From Entomortierella parvispora E1425 (Eukaryota > Fungi > Mortierellomycota), in NCBI GenBank assembly GCA_020891255.1, contig BQFW01000005.1:1736001-1800000 (forward strand): 64,000 nt of DNA, read 5' to 3'. The position numbers and the translations under genes were made by a program. Shown here in pieces: positions 13,278-25,005 of this stretch. The notes beneath the pieces are model-generated. The model was not told the DNA's origin. It searched no databases and saw only the letters and a list, made by a program, of their open reading frames with translations. Position 1 is the stretch's first letter, and the number at the start of each line of letters is the position of its first letter.

Positions 13278-13692
13278 GTCCTCTTCCTCTCGTCGTTCGA
13301 TCATGCATCCATCCGATCGATTTCCGTCTCAGATCCTTCAAGCTTGAAGACCTGGGATTCAGGCACCGCTTCTTTTTATTTTTTTATTATTTTTTTTTTG
13401 CCGCCACTTTCCTTTCATCCTTGGTCCCCAGTTTTGCAGCTTAGTCCCTTAGTCACCAACCAATACATAATTTCAGCAAATTGAATACCTCAGTCATCCT
13501 CCAAGTCATCCTCCACTGGAAAAAAAAAAAAAAAAAAAAAAAAAGACAAAGCTTGCCACTACAACAGAGTTCCCTATGGCAGTGTGCATCATCTTGATCG
13601 TCGGCACACCCGAGGCTAAAAAAGAGGAGCAGCGCCTTCTTGACAACTGGAGCAAAACAGATCACCGTCCGCTATGCACCGCTGGTAAAATA

Positions 13693-13778
13693 TGGGCACA
13701 GTGGGATTCGAACCCACGAGTTCGAAAGAACATTGTGTCTTAAGCACAACGCGTTAGACCAGACTCCGCCATATGCCC
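13693..13778 (-). tRNA. tRNA-Leu (anticodon TAA), intronless
   Basis: The reverse complement, GGGCATATGGCGGAGTCTGGTCTAACGCG-TTGTG-CTTAAGA-CACAA-TGTTCTTTCGAACTC-GTGGGTTCGAATCCCAC-TGTGCCCA, folds as a cloverleaf. It has a 7-bp acceptor stem, a long variable arm, a GTTCGAA T-loop and a downstream TTTT. Confidence 0.95.
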
Positions 13779-13849
13779 ATTCCCTCATCCTGATTGGATG
13801 AAAAATTGATAACTGAATTTTTTTGTCGATCCCCTTTGAATCCTCTTCT

Positions 13850-15166
13850 TGAGCTAAGCCACTCGCTAAGCCACCCCACGCGTTGTGCGGTATCTACCAA
13901 AAAAAAAAAAAAAAAAAAAAAAAAAAAGCGGACGGTCAACAACTGGAGTCAGATTTGCGGCAGTTTCTTAAACAGCAGACAACTATCCGTCGACATCAAC
14001 AGTGGACAGCGCAGAAACGTGTCAAGCGATCTATTAGTGACTTGACCGACGTGGAGTGGCGATCTGCTCTTTCGATCATCCACGACAAACGGCCAGTCCA
14101 TACTTTCTTCAGCAGCCGCGGGGACACGTCTCGACGCACACAGCACATCAAAAAACTCCATGGGATGCTTCCGACACTCACAGTCATGCAGGCGCGACAC
14201 CCAGATATGTACGCAGACGCACTCTGTTGCCTGTGTCGTGCAGCCCCAGAGGACAACGACCATGTGTGGACTTGTCCAAACTCATACAATCAACAACAAC
14301 TGATTTGGGCGGATGCGGTGGCTTCAATACCAAAGTGGGGCAGGGCCGCTATCAGGAAAGCCAATGAGGACGCTGACACCAGACATCGCAAGCAACAAGC
14401 CCGCACACCCAACGTTGCAGCCCCGAAACGACTCCAATGGTACCAACCATCGGACACGCTCTTGTGGGCATCACTTTACTCTGCTTTTCATGACTTGTCA
14501 GCCTTCCGACCCCCTGAGCAGGGACAGCTCAAAGCTCCGCTGGCATCGGCTTGTTCTGTCGTCACTGCTTACCAAGGACTGCTCCATTCGGCTCTGATCG
14601 AGGCCTGGAGGCCAATTATGAAAGGCCCACGCTCTGTCGTGGTCGCAGTTGCTCATCAGTTTATTCGTCGTCTGGACAGGGATGCCCTAGCTCGGCTCTG
14701 GAAGACGCGCTGCGAAGTGACTATTGCATGGGAGAAGACACAAGGTATCCGCCCCAAGATGAAGAAGCAAGCCCAGACTGGGCAACCGTGGAACAATGCC
14801 TCTGGTACGATCTTACCACCAGACACTTGCCAATGCGGAAAGCCTAACACCGACCACCATCAAGGCCTCTGCCCTGGTGCCCAAGACAATCCCACGCTGG
14901 CCGACCAGCGCTTACTGGCTTGTGTGCGTGGCCAGGTTCACTTATCGACATTAGAAAAGATGGGGAAGATCCATTTTTTGTAACATTTTACTCTTCTTTA
15001 TTACACGGTGACGAGCCGTGGCATTTGTTGCGCGGGGATCCGGGGTCTTTTGTTCGTCTGGACCACGCGGCTTTGCTCAGGTTGTAGATAGTTTGGTCTA
15101 GCACTTCACTTCTTTGGCTCGACATAGCAAATAAAATGTTGCAAAAAAAAAAAAAAAAAAAAAAAA
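13850..15166 (+). mobile_element. 5'-truncated non-LTR (LINE-like) retrotransposon: ORF2 C-terminus, 3'UTR and poly(A)
   Basis: ORF to TAA at 14983 contains HIKKLHGMLPTL...CCLC...EDNDHVWTC, the Cys/His knuckle typical downstream of RT/RNase H in LINE ORF2. A 3'UTR of about 160 nt follows, with AATAAA at 15130 and A24 at 15143-15166. The 5' boundary is uncertain (between 13779 and about 13850) and no TSD was found. Confidence 0.8.
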
Positions 15167-15737
15167 GAAGGGACCACTTTTGGACGATGCTGATGGATTT
15201 CCTCCGAGGAGCAAGTAACATCAAGGCACAAAACCTATTGGACGACGATATGGAAAGAGAGCAAGTGGCCGACCACGGATCATTCGCATGGCGACAATGG
15301 ACGGTCATCGATGCCTGCCACGGGTGGCGCTACTATTTCTGTAGGACAAGATCAAGACGTTGCTCCGCACGACCCAGGAGATCGAGAGTATCATGGCGGA
15401 CAGGTTTATCAAAGGTATCGAGGACTACGGCCGAACAAGGATTTATAATCCACGTTGCGAAAAGACGACTTTGGACTAGGAGAAGTCTATCGGGGTTACT
15501 GGTGTGAGCAAACGTACCAGGCCTGGAGAACCGGGCACCCGTGCTGGCGGGCACGAAGGTAGCAACAATAACTCCGGTAACTTTAACCGGGACAGGTTTG
15601 ACGTGACAAGGATGAAGAGACTCCACAAGACCGCGGACAAAGATGTCTTAGAAGAATACCAAGGAAAGCGTGTGCTGAACGTCATGGAAAGAACAGAGGG
15701 AGTGAAGTACTTCTTGGAAAAGGATCTCGGAGACTGA
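15167..15737 (+). mobile_element. Older, degenerate LINE ORF2 C-terminal fragment from a related but divergent family
   Basis: The repaired frame ADRFIKGIEDYGRTRIYNPRCEKTTLD*EKSIGV...ADKDVLEEYQGKRVLNVMERTEGVKYFL aligns by eye with AHQFIRRLDRDALARLWKTRCEVTIAWEKTQGI...ADQRLLACVRGQVHLSTLEKMGKIHFL of the upstream element. It carries in-frame stops and a frameshift. Confidence 0.7.
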
Positions 15738-16656
15738 TGACGAACGAGCATGATAGGCCACTTTGAGGACTGGGCCTGGCCTTGCTCCTGCAAGCCAGTA
15801 GCTCCCGCTGGGAGGTCGCGGACCACGAAACCAGGGTGTATAGGCCGTCATGGACGGGTTGTGCAAAGTCAATTTCTCTTGGAGTGGAGCAGGCACGCCA
15901 GCGTATGTGTACCTACAATTAACAGGAGGGACCCTTTGACAGAAGAAAAATAGCCCAAAACAGTACTCAGTCCGGCTTTGTTCAATATTGTGGGTGTTTA
16001 TACGCCCTTGATCATGTAGATGCGTTTGAAGGAATGGGATGTTTGGGAGCAAGTTTCTGCTATACGCTGTAGCCCGGGGCTGTGAGAGTGCCTGCTACCA
16101 ACCAGGCACAGCACTGCACCCGCGGTCTTTTCTTGCGTGTATTGCATGGATCCCTGCCCGACCTGTCTGTCTGCCCCTGCTGTTTGTCCGACGCTATCAA
16201 CAGTGGTGCAACTGGTCAACACCCATGCACCAGTGCACCCACACAAGATGTATATGTTCTAGATTCACCATGGTAACTCATTCAGCTAAGGATAAAAAAA
16301 AAACCACACCGCGCAGGAACGCTTCCGTGCCCCAGGAATTCTTTTTTTATTTTCTTCAAGCATTACGACCCTGACCCTAAGGATTGTTTTCCTCATGCAC
16401 AACGCTTACGATCACCCACGATGTTGCATGTTCCCGTGCCTTTCTTTCTTACACGGCTCTCATGATTCTATCCCTTCCCTCAAAGTCTCTCATTTTCCTA
16501 GGATTTGTTATTTTTCTCATGCACGGTTTTTCGCACGCGTCCTCACACTCATGTCATTGCATTGTCCAATGCAACAATACCCTTGAAAGTCTTTTGTCGC
16601 CATCCATTCACTTTTTGGCGTTATCTTTGACCTTGGATCCTTATCCAGTTGCAGGG

Positions 16657-16663
16657 TATAAAA
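16657..16663 (+). promoter_or_regulatory. Candidate TATA box of the lectin gene
   Basis: TATAAAA 115 bp upstream of ATG 16772, followed by a pyrimidine-rich leader. Confidence 0.55.
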
Positions 16664-16771
16664 AGCCTCGTTTTATTGCCCTCCATTCCAACTCTCATCT
16701 TCAATTTCCTCCCCACCACAACCTCCAACCACCCACTCATATTCCCTTCCTTTTTCCTTCCCCCCAAAACA

Positions 16772-17179
16772 ATGGCTCCGTCAGTTACCATCCCCCAAAC
16801 CGCGATCCGCATCAAGAATCAAGCAACCGGTCGTCTTTTATACGACAATGTGGACAGAGGCCTGGTCTCTTGGCAAGAGTCGACGAACGCAGATGGTTAT
16901 TGGTTCATCACACCCGTCGCCGATAACGTTTACAAGATCAAAAATCAATTGACGGGCAACAACATTTATTACAGTACCAGCCAGAAGAAGCCCCTCACCT
17001 GGCAGGACACGGCCAACCAAGATGGCAGGTGGGAAATTGTTCCAGTGACCGACACCACCTTCAAGATTCGAAACGTCCTCACGTCCTCGATCTTTTTGTT
17101 TGACAATCCTGATAAGGGTGTGATTGGTTACCATGACAACGACGCGACGGATGGAAAGTGGACCATTCTGGCAAAGTAA
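16772..17179 (+). CDS. Single-domain ricin-B-like (beta-trefoil) lectin, 135 aa, no signal peptide
   Basis: Three repeats of about 42 aa: IRIKNQATG...DGYWFITP / YKIKNQLTG...DGRWEIVP / FKIRNVLTS...DGKWTI, each ending in the QxW-equivalent DGxW. Good start context (AAACAATGG), intronless. Confidence 0.8.
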   Translation: MAPSVTIPQTAIRIKNQATGRLLYDNVDRGLVSWQESTNADGYWFITPVADNVYKIKNQLTGNNIYYSTSQKKPLTWQDTANQDGRWEIVPVTDTTFKIRNVLTSSIFLFDNPDKGVIGYHDNDATDGKWTILAK

Positions 17180-17430
17180 AGAGTAACACGCTGGGTCGAG
17201 AATCCCACTTTTTTTTTTGTTTGCTTCTTCTTTTCAAATACTTTGACCACCGTGTCCCCCCAGTTGGACCATGTATTGGAAATAAAAGGTGCATCCAGAT
17301 GTGGACACAGTGGATGTGACGTTCACAAATGACGTTTCTGATAAACACAGCGTGGCAACTTTTCGCTTTATCTTCTACCATATGGATTCTTGTACTCTGA
17401 ATGGGTTATTTTTGATGTTTTGGTATACCA

Positions 17431-17955
17431 TTACTCCAGTACGAGCAACTCGCCAACGCGTCTCATGAACTCCTGCAATGCCACGCGGACATCAGTTCGT
17501 TCCACACCCACCAATCGAATCACCGGACTGAAATAGTCGGACAACTCCTTTCGCAGCCCTTGGTATTTTCTCTTGTCAGACTCCACTGAACCCGCCGATG
17601 CTGCCGTGGTATGTTGGTGATGACGTCCTGCTGCAGAAGAAGAACCGTTCAAACCCGTTGGAGACGATCGCTTGGACAAGATCGAAGAGTTGGAGGAACT
17701 GTTGGATGAGGGAGAAACACTTCCATCCTGCGAAGGGATCGCCGCTGCATTGGGCCACCAGACTGGCGTCCTCTGCAACTCTCTCAGGACCATGATCGTC
17801 AACTGGGACTGGTTCAAAATCACGTCCTTGGGGTACTTGCAAGGTTCGCTCAGCATTCCCAAGTAGCGCGCCACACTCAACTTTGATTCTTGGACCAGAG
17901 GCTCTAAAACTGCCTGAATCTCGTCCTCGGCATCATAGCCTCTGTGAACAAACAT
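17431..17955 (-). CDS. Hypothetical protein; C-terminus resembles the Sec7/BIG/Mon2 C-terminal helical segment; the 5' exon is uncertain
   Basis: 174-codon ORF with protein-like composition. CTAAC...TTTGTTCACAG around 17942-17966 looks like an intron 3' end, so the listed ATG may be intronic and the true start further upstream. Confidence 0.55.
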   Translation of the reverse strand: MFVHRGYDAEDEIQAVLEPLVQESKLSVARYLGMLSEPCKYPKDVILNQSQLTIMVLRELQRTPVWWPNAAAIPSQDGSVSPSSNSSSNSSILSKRSSPTGLNGSSSAAGRHHQHTTAASAGSVESDKRKYQGLRKELSDYFSPVIRLVGVERTDVRVALQEFMRRVGELLVLE

Positions 17956-18665
17956 GGGACGTTAGACATTGAGAATTTTAGATTGAAGGCAGTCCATGTA
18001 TTTTACATTGCAGTGCGCACACACAGCGCCCTGTCAGGCACTCGGGAGTGGCTTGCGAGCAGCTATAGATTTTGGATGGACACAAGAGCAACCGGCAAAC
18101 GGACTAGGAGCTCACGCAACAACAAACCCCGTCGGCAAACGTCAGCTCAAGGTCTTCTGTGGACCTGAGATCAAGGCATGCTTGGGAAAAGCTCAAGGCG
18201 CGTCCAGTTTTCGTCAGCCAAAGGGGGCTGTCCATCTCCTAGACCGTGTATGTCGAAGCAAGAATGTCGATTGACACGACGCGTCGCGGATAGAAGCCGA
18301 TGTTGTATCAGCAAACAAAAAAAAAGAAAAAGAAAAAAAAGTCGCCTTGAATCTCGCATGGATCTGACACGTGGACCCCTTAATAACAACTACGCATCTC
18401 CGCGGTGCTTGGCTGACAGCACATATGACGACGGCTGATTGACACACAGACACACAGACACTCTCATTCATCACTTGCATTGATCAACACCTTGTGCGCT
18501 TTCGCTCTCGCTCCTTCACCCGTCTCTGCACCGACACGACCAGGCACGACCTAGGGAACAGGAAACAGCTACAGTAACCGCTACACCAGCGACAGCGCAG
18601 GAAACCACAGCAATCAATCCCTCCTCCACCTCCTCCACCTCCTCCACCTGCCATTCCCCTGAACA

Positions 18666-21600
18666 ATGTCCTACGCCGGATTCTTCTTTGGAAACGTCGA
18701 CAAGACTGGAAAGGTCGAGGACCTGTCCGAGGTAAGGCATCGCAGCACCTCCTCAAAGGACTATGCACTGTTCATTTCCCAGAAATGAACGCGCAATGCT
18801 AGCTCTTGTTTGAATGACATTACTAATGACAAGATCTTGTTCTCATTATTCTCTTTTGTTAGGAATTTCGAGAGGCCTTGGAGAGTCTTGAAAACAGTGA
18901 ACAACTGACCAATCTGTTTTCAGCAAAGAAGTTGGGCGTGGATGAAAATGAAGCCAAAGCACAAGCAGATGGAGCAGGCAATGAAGACGAGGACGAGGAG
19001 GAAGATCCGGATGGCGAGGTCAACTTTGGCACCATCAAATCAACATTTGCTCATGACAAGGATGCCGTCGACTTTTCAGAGATCAACGATCTGGCAGTGG
19101 ACAATACAGAACAAGAGATGTTCAGCAACCGGTATCTGAAGAAGGGACTCAGCGCCGTCCGGTCGACTGCTACAACTGCTATGAAGAGCTCGAGTGGCAC
19201 AGGCGCAAAGTCAAGGCTGGATTCTATGGATGAAGACTATGACGATGAGGAAGCTGACGAAGAAAAGAAGGCTATACCTGCAGAACCCCTCTCGCTCCTT
19301 GAGCGTCAGCAAATGTACCTCATGCAGGAGCAACAGCAGCAGGGAACAGGATCAAAGACCGCATTATCAGTCCCCTTGCCGAGCACCACACAGGGACAGC
19401 CATCTGTGCCATCAGGACCGGAGGAGGTCAAAAAGCTTTACCCTGCCTTTGAGCCAAACAAGGTCCTAAAGTTCTCTGAGCTCTTCAACACAAAGCGTCC
19501 AAAGAGAATCCCGCATTCGCGAGCCAAGCCAGGTAGGCATCGTCTCTTTGCAAGGCAAACTCATGTGGGTGGCTTTTTAATTTGAAATGATGCTAACGAT
19601 CAAGAATTTTCATGAATCCGTCTCCTAGCAACATTCCCTACTCGTTCAAAATTCGCTCGTGAAGCCGATCAGGAAAAGTTGTTTGCAAAGCCCGAGGATC
19701 CTGCCGATCTCAGAGATCACTACTTGGACTATGACCACGAGGTATTTTTAATGAGCATAGGCATATAAGCTGATATCATTCAATATGGCTGTACTAAAGC
19801 AACGATTTCTTATTTTTGTACCTAAAGGAGATCTTGGACAAGGAGTGGATCAACAGTCTTCAGTGGAAAACACCCAAGGACAATGAGTTATATTCTGTAC
19901 AGCTGGAGACTTGGGAAGAGAAGATTATCTGGGATGCTGATGATGCAGTGGTGCCTTCAGAAGACACCAACATGGAAATCAGTTCGACCGCTGTTGTGAA
20001 AAAGACGCCAACTATACCCACAGACTCATTCGCGTCGCGCAATTATGACCTCGAGAACGGCGATTGGGAAGAGTCCATCATGTGGGACGACCACAAGCCA
20101 TTCAAGCCGTTCACCCATATCAGTCTTGACATGAACGACGCCAATGTGCTGTTCGATCTTACAACCGAAGGCATGGGCGAAGGCTTTAGAGGTACATTAT
20201 CGACAACCCTTGTTTTTGTTTCTCAAAGGAGCTTCTATATTATTTCAGGGAAGGGACAGTCGATACTAATGCGCTGCCATATCATTAGGCAAACGTGGAC
20301 GTAAAGCGCAAATATTGCCGTACCGTGTGATTACCAACAAGGATTTGCAGTCAGAGGCAGAAACACATCGGAAACTGGAAATTGATCGCTTCAACCTGTC
20401 GAATGATCGCTTCTACGAGACGCACAAGGAGGGACGCTTCCATAGGGTCCGACAGACTTTTGGTCAGCTTGTTGTGCAGCACGCTCTTCCTGCTGTCAAG
20501 TTGATGAAGCCATGGTACAAGAACAAGTTGACAAAGTCCGAGCTCCGCTCTTTCCACCGTCCTTTGCTTCAAGTTACGCCAGATGTCGACATCACCTTCT
20601 CACGAGTCAAGGGCAGCAAAAAGAAGAAGCAAAAGAGAAAAGAACTCGGCGAGGTCATGCGAAGCTCCAAGGATCTCACCCTTCGGGACCACACCAACTT
20701 TGTGTTGCTGGAATATTCAGAGGAGCATCCATCCATTGTACAAAATGTCGGCATGGGCAGTTTCCTTGTCAACTATTACCGCAAGGAATCAATCGAAGAT
20801 ACGCACATGCCACAAAGCGAAATTGGAGAGCCATTCGTTTTGGATGTTACCGATGCATCGCCCTTCCTGGGCTTTGGAAATGTGGAGCCTGGTCAAACAA
20901 TTATGGCCTTGTACAACAACCTAATCCGTGCCCCAGTGTTTGAGCAACCTCCAAGGACAACCGACTTTTTGATTATCAAGAATACATACAAAGGAGAGAC
21001 CAAGTACTATGTTCGACACATTCCTCACCTTTACGTGGTCGGTCAAACCTATCCTGTCCAGGACGTTCCTGGTCCACACTCTCGAAAGATCACGACGATG
21101 GTCAAGAACCGACTCCAAATCTCAGCCTTCCGCTTTATCCGCAAGGATCCTTTCAGTCGGCTGCGGTTCGTCAAGCTGGTTAAAGCTTACCCAGAGTACT
21201 CTGAAATCCAGATTCGTCAACGTCTCAAGGAGTTTGCAGAGTTCCAGCGCAAGGGAAACAACACTGGATTCTGGAAACTCAAAGGAAACACCCCACTGCC
21301 AACCGAGGAGGAGATCCGAAAGCTTGTTACTCCCGAGATGGTGTGTCTGTACGAGAGTATGCTGGTCGGTCAGCGGCATCTTTTGGATGCTGGTTACGGA
21401 AAAGCTGCGGACGGTGAAGAGGACAATGCGAACGAGGATAGCGAAACGAACATGGATATCGAAGAACAATTGGCGCCATGGATCACGACTCGAAACTTTA
21501 TCAACGCTACCCAGGGCAAGGCCATGTTGAAGCTCTGGGGTGCAGGAGACCCCACGGGTCGTGGCGAAGGATTCAGTTTTGTCCGTATCAGTATGAAGGA

Positions 21601-23577
21601 TATTTTCCTGAGACAAGGAGAGTCCTTGGAGGAGCGTCTGGCTCAAATCGAACTCTTGCCCAAGAGCACTCATCGTTACAATGTTGCCGAGCAGCAGCAG
21701 GTTTACAGGGAAGAGATCACTCGTATCTGGAACACGCAGCTTGCGGCACTCAGCAAGACTGAAGAGATCGAGGCCAATGACGAGGTGAATGGCGATAGCG
21801 AGGATGATGACGATGATGCTTACAGTCGTCAGCGTCGGGAGTTGTCTGCAGTGGACCGGAATCGTGTATCGCCTTCTCCATCTCTCTTTGGCCGGTACCG
21901 CGACAGCGGCGATCGCGATCGCGATCGTGATCGAGACCACGATGACGACGACAATGTATCTGTAGCCGGCAGTATGAGTTCGCGTACCAGTGCCAATTTT
22001 GGTTCGTCCCGTAACAAGTACTTGATCATCAAGCGCAAGATTCGTCAGCCGGATGGAGAGTTGGTTTGGAAGTCAGAGACAATTCGGGACCCCGCCGTTA
22101 TGAACACTTATATCCGACATCGTCAACTTATTGAGGAGAGCTCGATCCGGACAGAGGCCCTGGAGCCCACTGAGGATGAGGCAAAGAACGAGCGCATGAG
22201 GAGACGTATCATGGAGGAGATTGCGCGATTGAACAGAAATCAAGAGCGCAGAATGGCTCGAGCTGCAGCCAAAGCAGGATCTGCGCAGCCAGAGCTGCCT
22301 CTACACACGGCAGCCGGAGCACTCAAGAAGAAAGTGGTGGTAAGTCCTATGCTATTTGCAAAAAAAAAAAAAAAAATCACGATCCACAGGAGCTCTACTA
22401 ACATTGCCATATACACTCTACCTTTTAGCGTCAATGCAGCAACTGTGGTGCGCTGGGACATATGAGAACAAACAAAAAGTGTCCAAAGTATGTGGATCCC
22501 TCGGGAGCGTTGCCAAATCCCGGGTACGTAATCCAGGGAGGGTCTGGAGGAGGAGCGGCTGGTGCAGGTGGAAGCATGATGTCGCCGCCTCACTCTGCTA
22601 TTAGGTCCGGATCTATCCCTCCAATGACAGGAACGGCGGCAGGTACTCCAGGACGAGGTCCAAATGGCTCTGATTACTTCCGACAGGGCTCTCCTCAATC
22701 GTCCAATACTGGCGGAAACAAAATCTCGATCCCCAAGGCTATTATTGATCGAGTTGTAGATCAAGAAAAAGAGCGCGAGCGAGAGGACAAGGATGCGCTG
22801 GTGGTCAGGTTGCCCACCAAGATGTTGCAGTCGGTGCCCAAGAGGAAGCGCAGTGAGTCGGCCAGTCACCACGTGGACCAGGACGACTATGAAGACTACT
22901 TTCCCCCAGTGAAGTCTTATGGTCGTCGTAAAAAGCCCGATGTGGAGTTGGCCAACATTATCGAGGCTGTCCTGTCAACAATCCTGTCGATGCAGGAAGC
23001 GACTGCATTCTTGGCCCCTGTCTCTTCCAAGATTGCTCCTGGATACGATATTGTAATCAAGCAGCCTCGCGACCTTTCTGGAATGCGAGATGCCAACAAA
23101 AACTATTACGCCTACAGGACGGTTGACAGTTTCCTGACGGACATGAGAATTATGGTGAACAATTCCTGGATTTACAACGGAGAGCACTCCCCATGGACTC
23201 AGGCTGCACAGGTACTTTTGAGCAAAGCAGAGGAAATTCTGGCTCCGCAGGCCGAAACGATCCGACAACTAGAGCAGGAGATTCTGGAAGCAGATGTAAA
23301 GGCAAACATTTTCCCTGGTGGAGTCACCCCTGGCGGAAACAACGAAGCAGCGGCAGCCGCTGCAGCCCTGCCAAGTCTTCACCCTGGCGGTTATGGAGTT
23401 TACACCAGCATGACGTTCCCTGGAATCGGCAAGCCCTTCACTGGATTTGGTGCCACTCCAGTTCCTGGCAAGCCATTGCAAGATGGATCAGCACCCATGC
23501 CTTCCTTTCAAGGCTCTGGAGCTGAAGCAAGCCCTGGAGGTTCAGAAGGAGTTCATGTGAAGATGGAGTGGGAGTAG
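18666..23577 (+). CDS. TAF1: TFIID subunit 1 (TAF1) with central DUF3591 domain, Zn knuckle and one bromodomain
   Basis: Exons 18666-18731, 18863-19532, 19629-19741, 19828-20191, 20289-22339 and 22429-23577. Motifs FNLSNDRFY, LLEYSEEHP, GQTYP.QDVPGPHSRK, APWITTRNFINATQGKAML, DPTGRGEGFSF and CSNCGALGHMRTNKKCP; bromodomain F..PV....APGY..VIK.P.DL...N...YNG. Confidence 0.95.
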
Positions 23578-24829
23578 AGACGAGGTTGTAGAGATAATAA
23601 AAAGACCCTTTTTTTATGTACACTTGACAACATCCCAGCAGTTTGATTGCGGTCAAAGCAAACAGTGTCAGATCATGGGCCACCTATGAATACTCCAAGA
23701 GATGAAGATGGATCGGCTTGCTCTCTGCGAGGCTGTTGCATTTTTGGTCTTTCCTAATACACAGTGGGCGCAAAGGTAATTTCCAGAGGGTCATATCCAC
23801 CCAATAGAGCGGAGTCGAGAGCCGACATGGACAACACCGCCCTTATTTTGTCTGAAAATTGAAAAATGGACTCTTGTTCTAGCCACAGGGACACCCCTGT
23901 GGCCTGTCTTTATTTTTTTTTTGCTCTCGCAACTTGCTCCCAATGAGATGTAACTTGGGTTACACACAAAGAGGTTTCTTTACCCAGGGTCAACGAATGG
24001 CCAGTGTTTTTCTGTCGAGCCATGGTGGGCGCCTCTGGCTGTAGTCAGCCCTACGCAGTGATGGGTCGGTACAGGTATCCATAAAAAAAAAAGAACCTTA
24101 GAGTCCTGTTTGCGCGTGCGCACGCTCCTTGGTTCTCGATCTGCCAGATCTAGACAAAGGGAGAAAGAATGTGCGCGATGGGAATTTGTTCCGCAACAAA
24201 TGACTCCTTGGCATCCGTTGGGTACATATCTTTCTCTCCCGAGGGCCGAGGGGGGAAGGACAAAAAAAAGTTCCCAATAATCAAATTTCACTGTGGGGGC
24301 GACTTAAATGTCTAAAAAAAGGCATTCAACATCCTGTGGACAAATCGAAATGAGGTGCAGCCTCAATTGAACTTTGGCAGTGCTGCTCTCAAAAAGAAAA
24401 AAGAAAAAAAAAAGAGAGATGAACATTCATTATTCTTATTCAGGAACAGCGGCAAGGGATAAGACAACGGTAACAGGGGGTTCGTCAAGAGTGTGAGGGA
24501 AAGACGACGGCGTTTTGTAATTTTGAACCAATGCTTTTGCAGAGTTGCTGGGCGAGAGCAACGCGAAAATATACCCACCCACCTTCACGGTGGTACCCTG
24601 TCAGACAATGAGAGAAAGAGACGGAAAGATTGGTCGATGAGGGCAACACTATTTTTGTACGTCTTTCATTTTCCCCTTATCGACACGCGTCCACAACGCA
24701 GGCACTTTTTTTTTCGACGGCCGTTCGTGCTCCCGCATCATGCTCATTCCTCATTGAACAATCGCGGCCGGGGGCGCGCGTCGTTTTCCTCGGCAGGGCT
24801 CCAGGGTTCGTTCCTCTTTTCCATTTTCA

Positions 24830-24836
24830 TATAAAA
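24830..24836 (+). promoter_or_regulatory. Candidate TATA box of the His/Lys-rich repeat gene
   Basis: TATAAAA 176 bp upstream of ATG 25006, followed by a CT-rich leader. Confidence 0.5.
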
Positions 24837-25005
24837 AGGACCCCTACGCCCCATCCTTGAATGTTTCTTTACTCTTCTTGTCCCTTCACATCGCAATACC
24901 CATTTCTGTTTCCTACTGTCGCCCCTTCCGAGTTCTCATCTCACTCACTCAATACCCCCATAACCACTGTATCCTTATCCCTGAAAACAAACACAACCGT
25001 CCATA

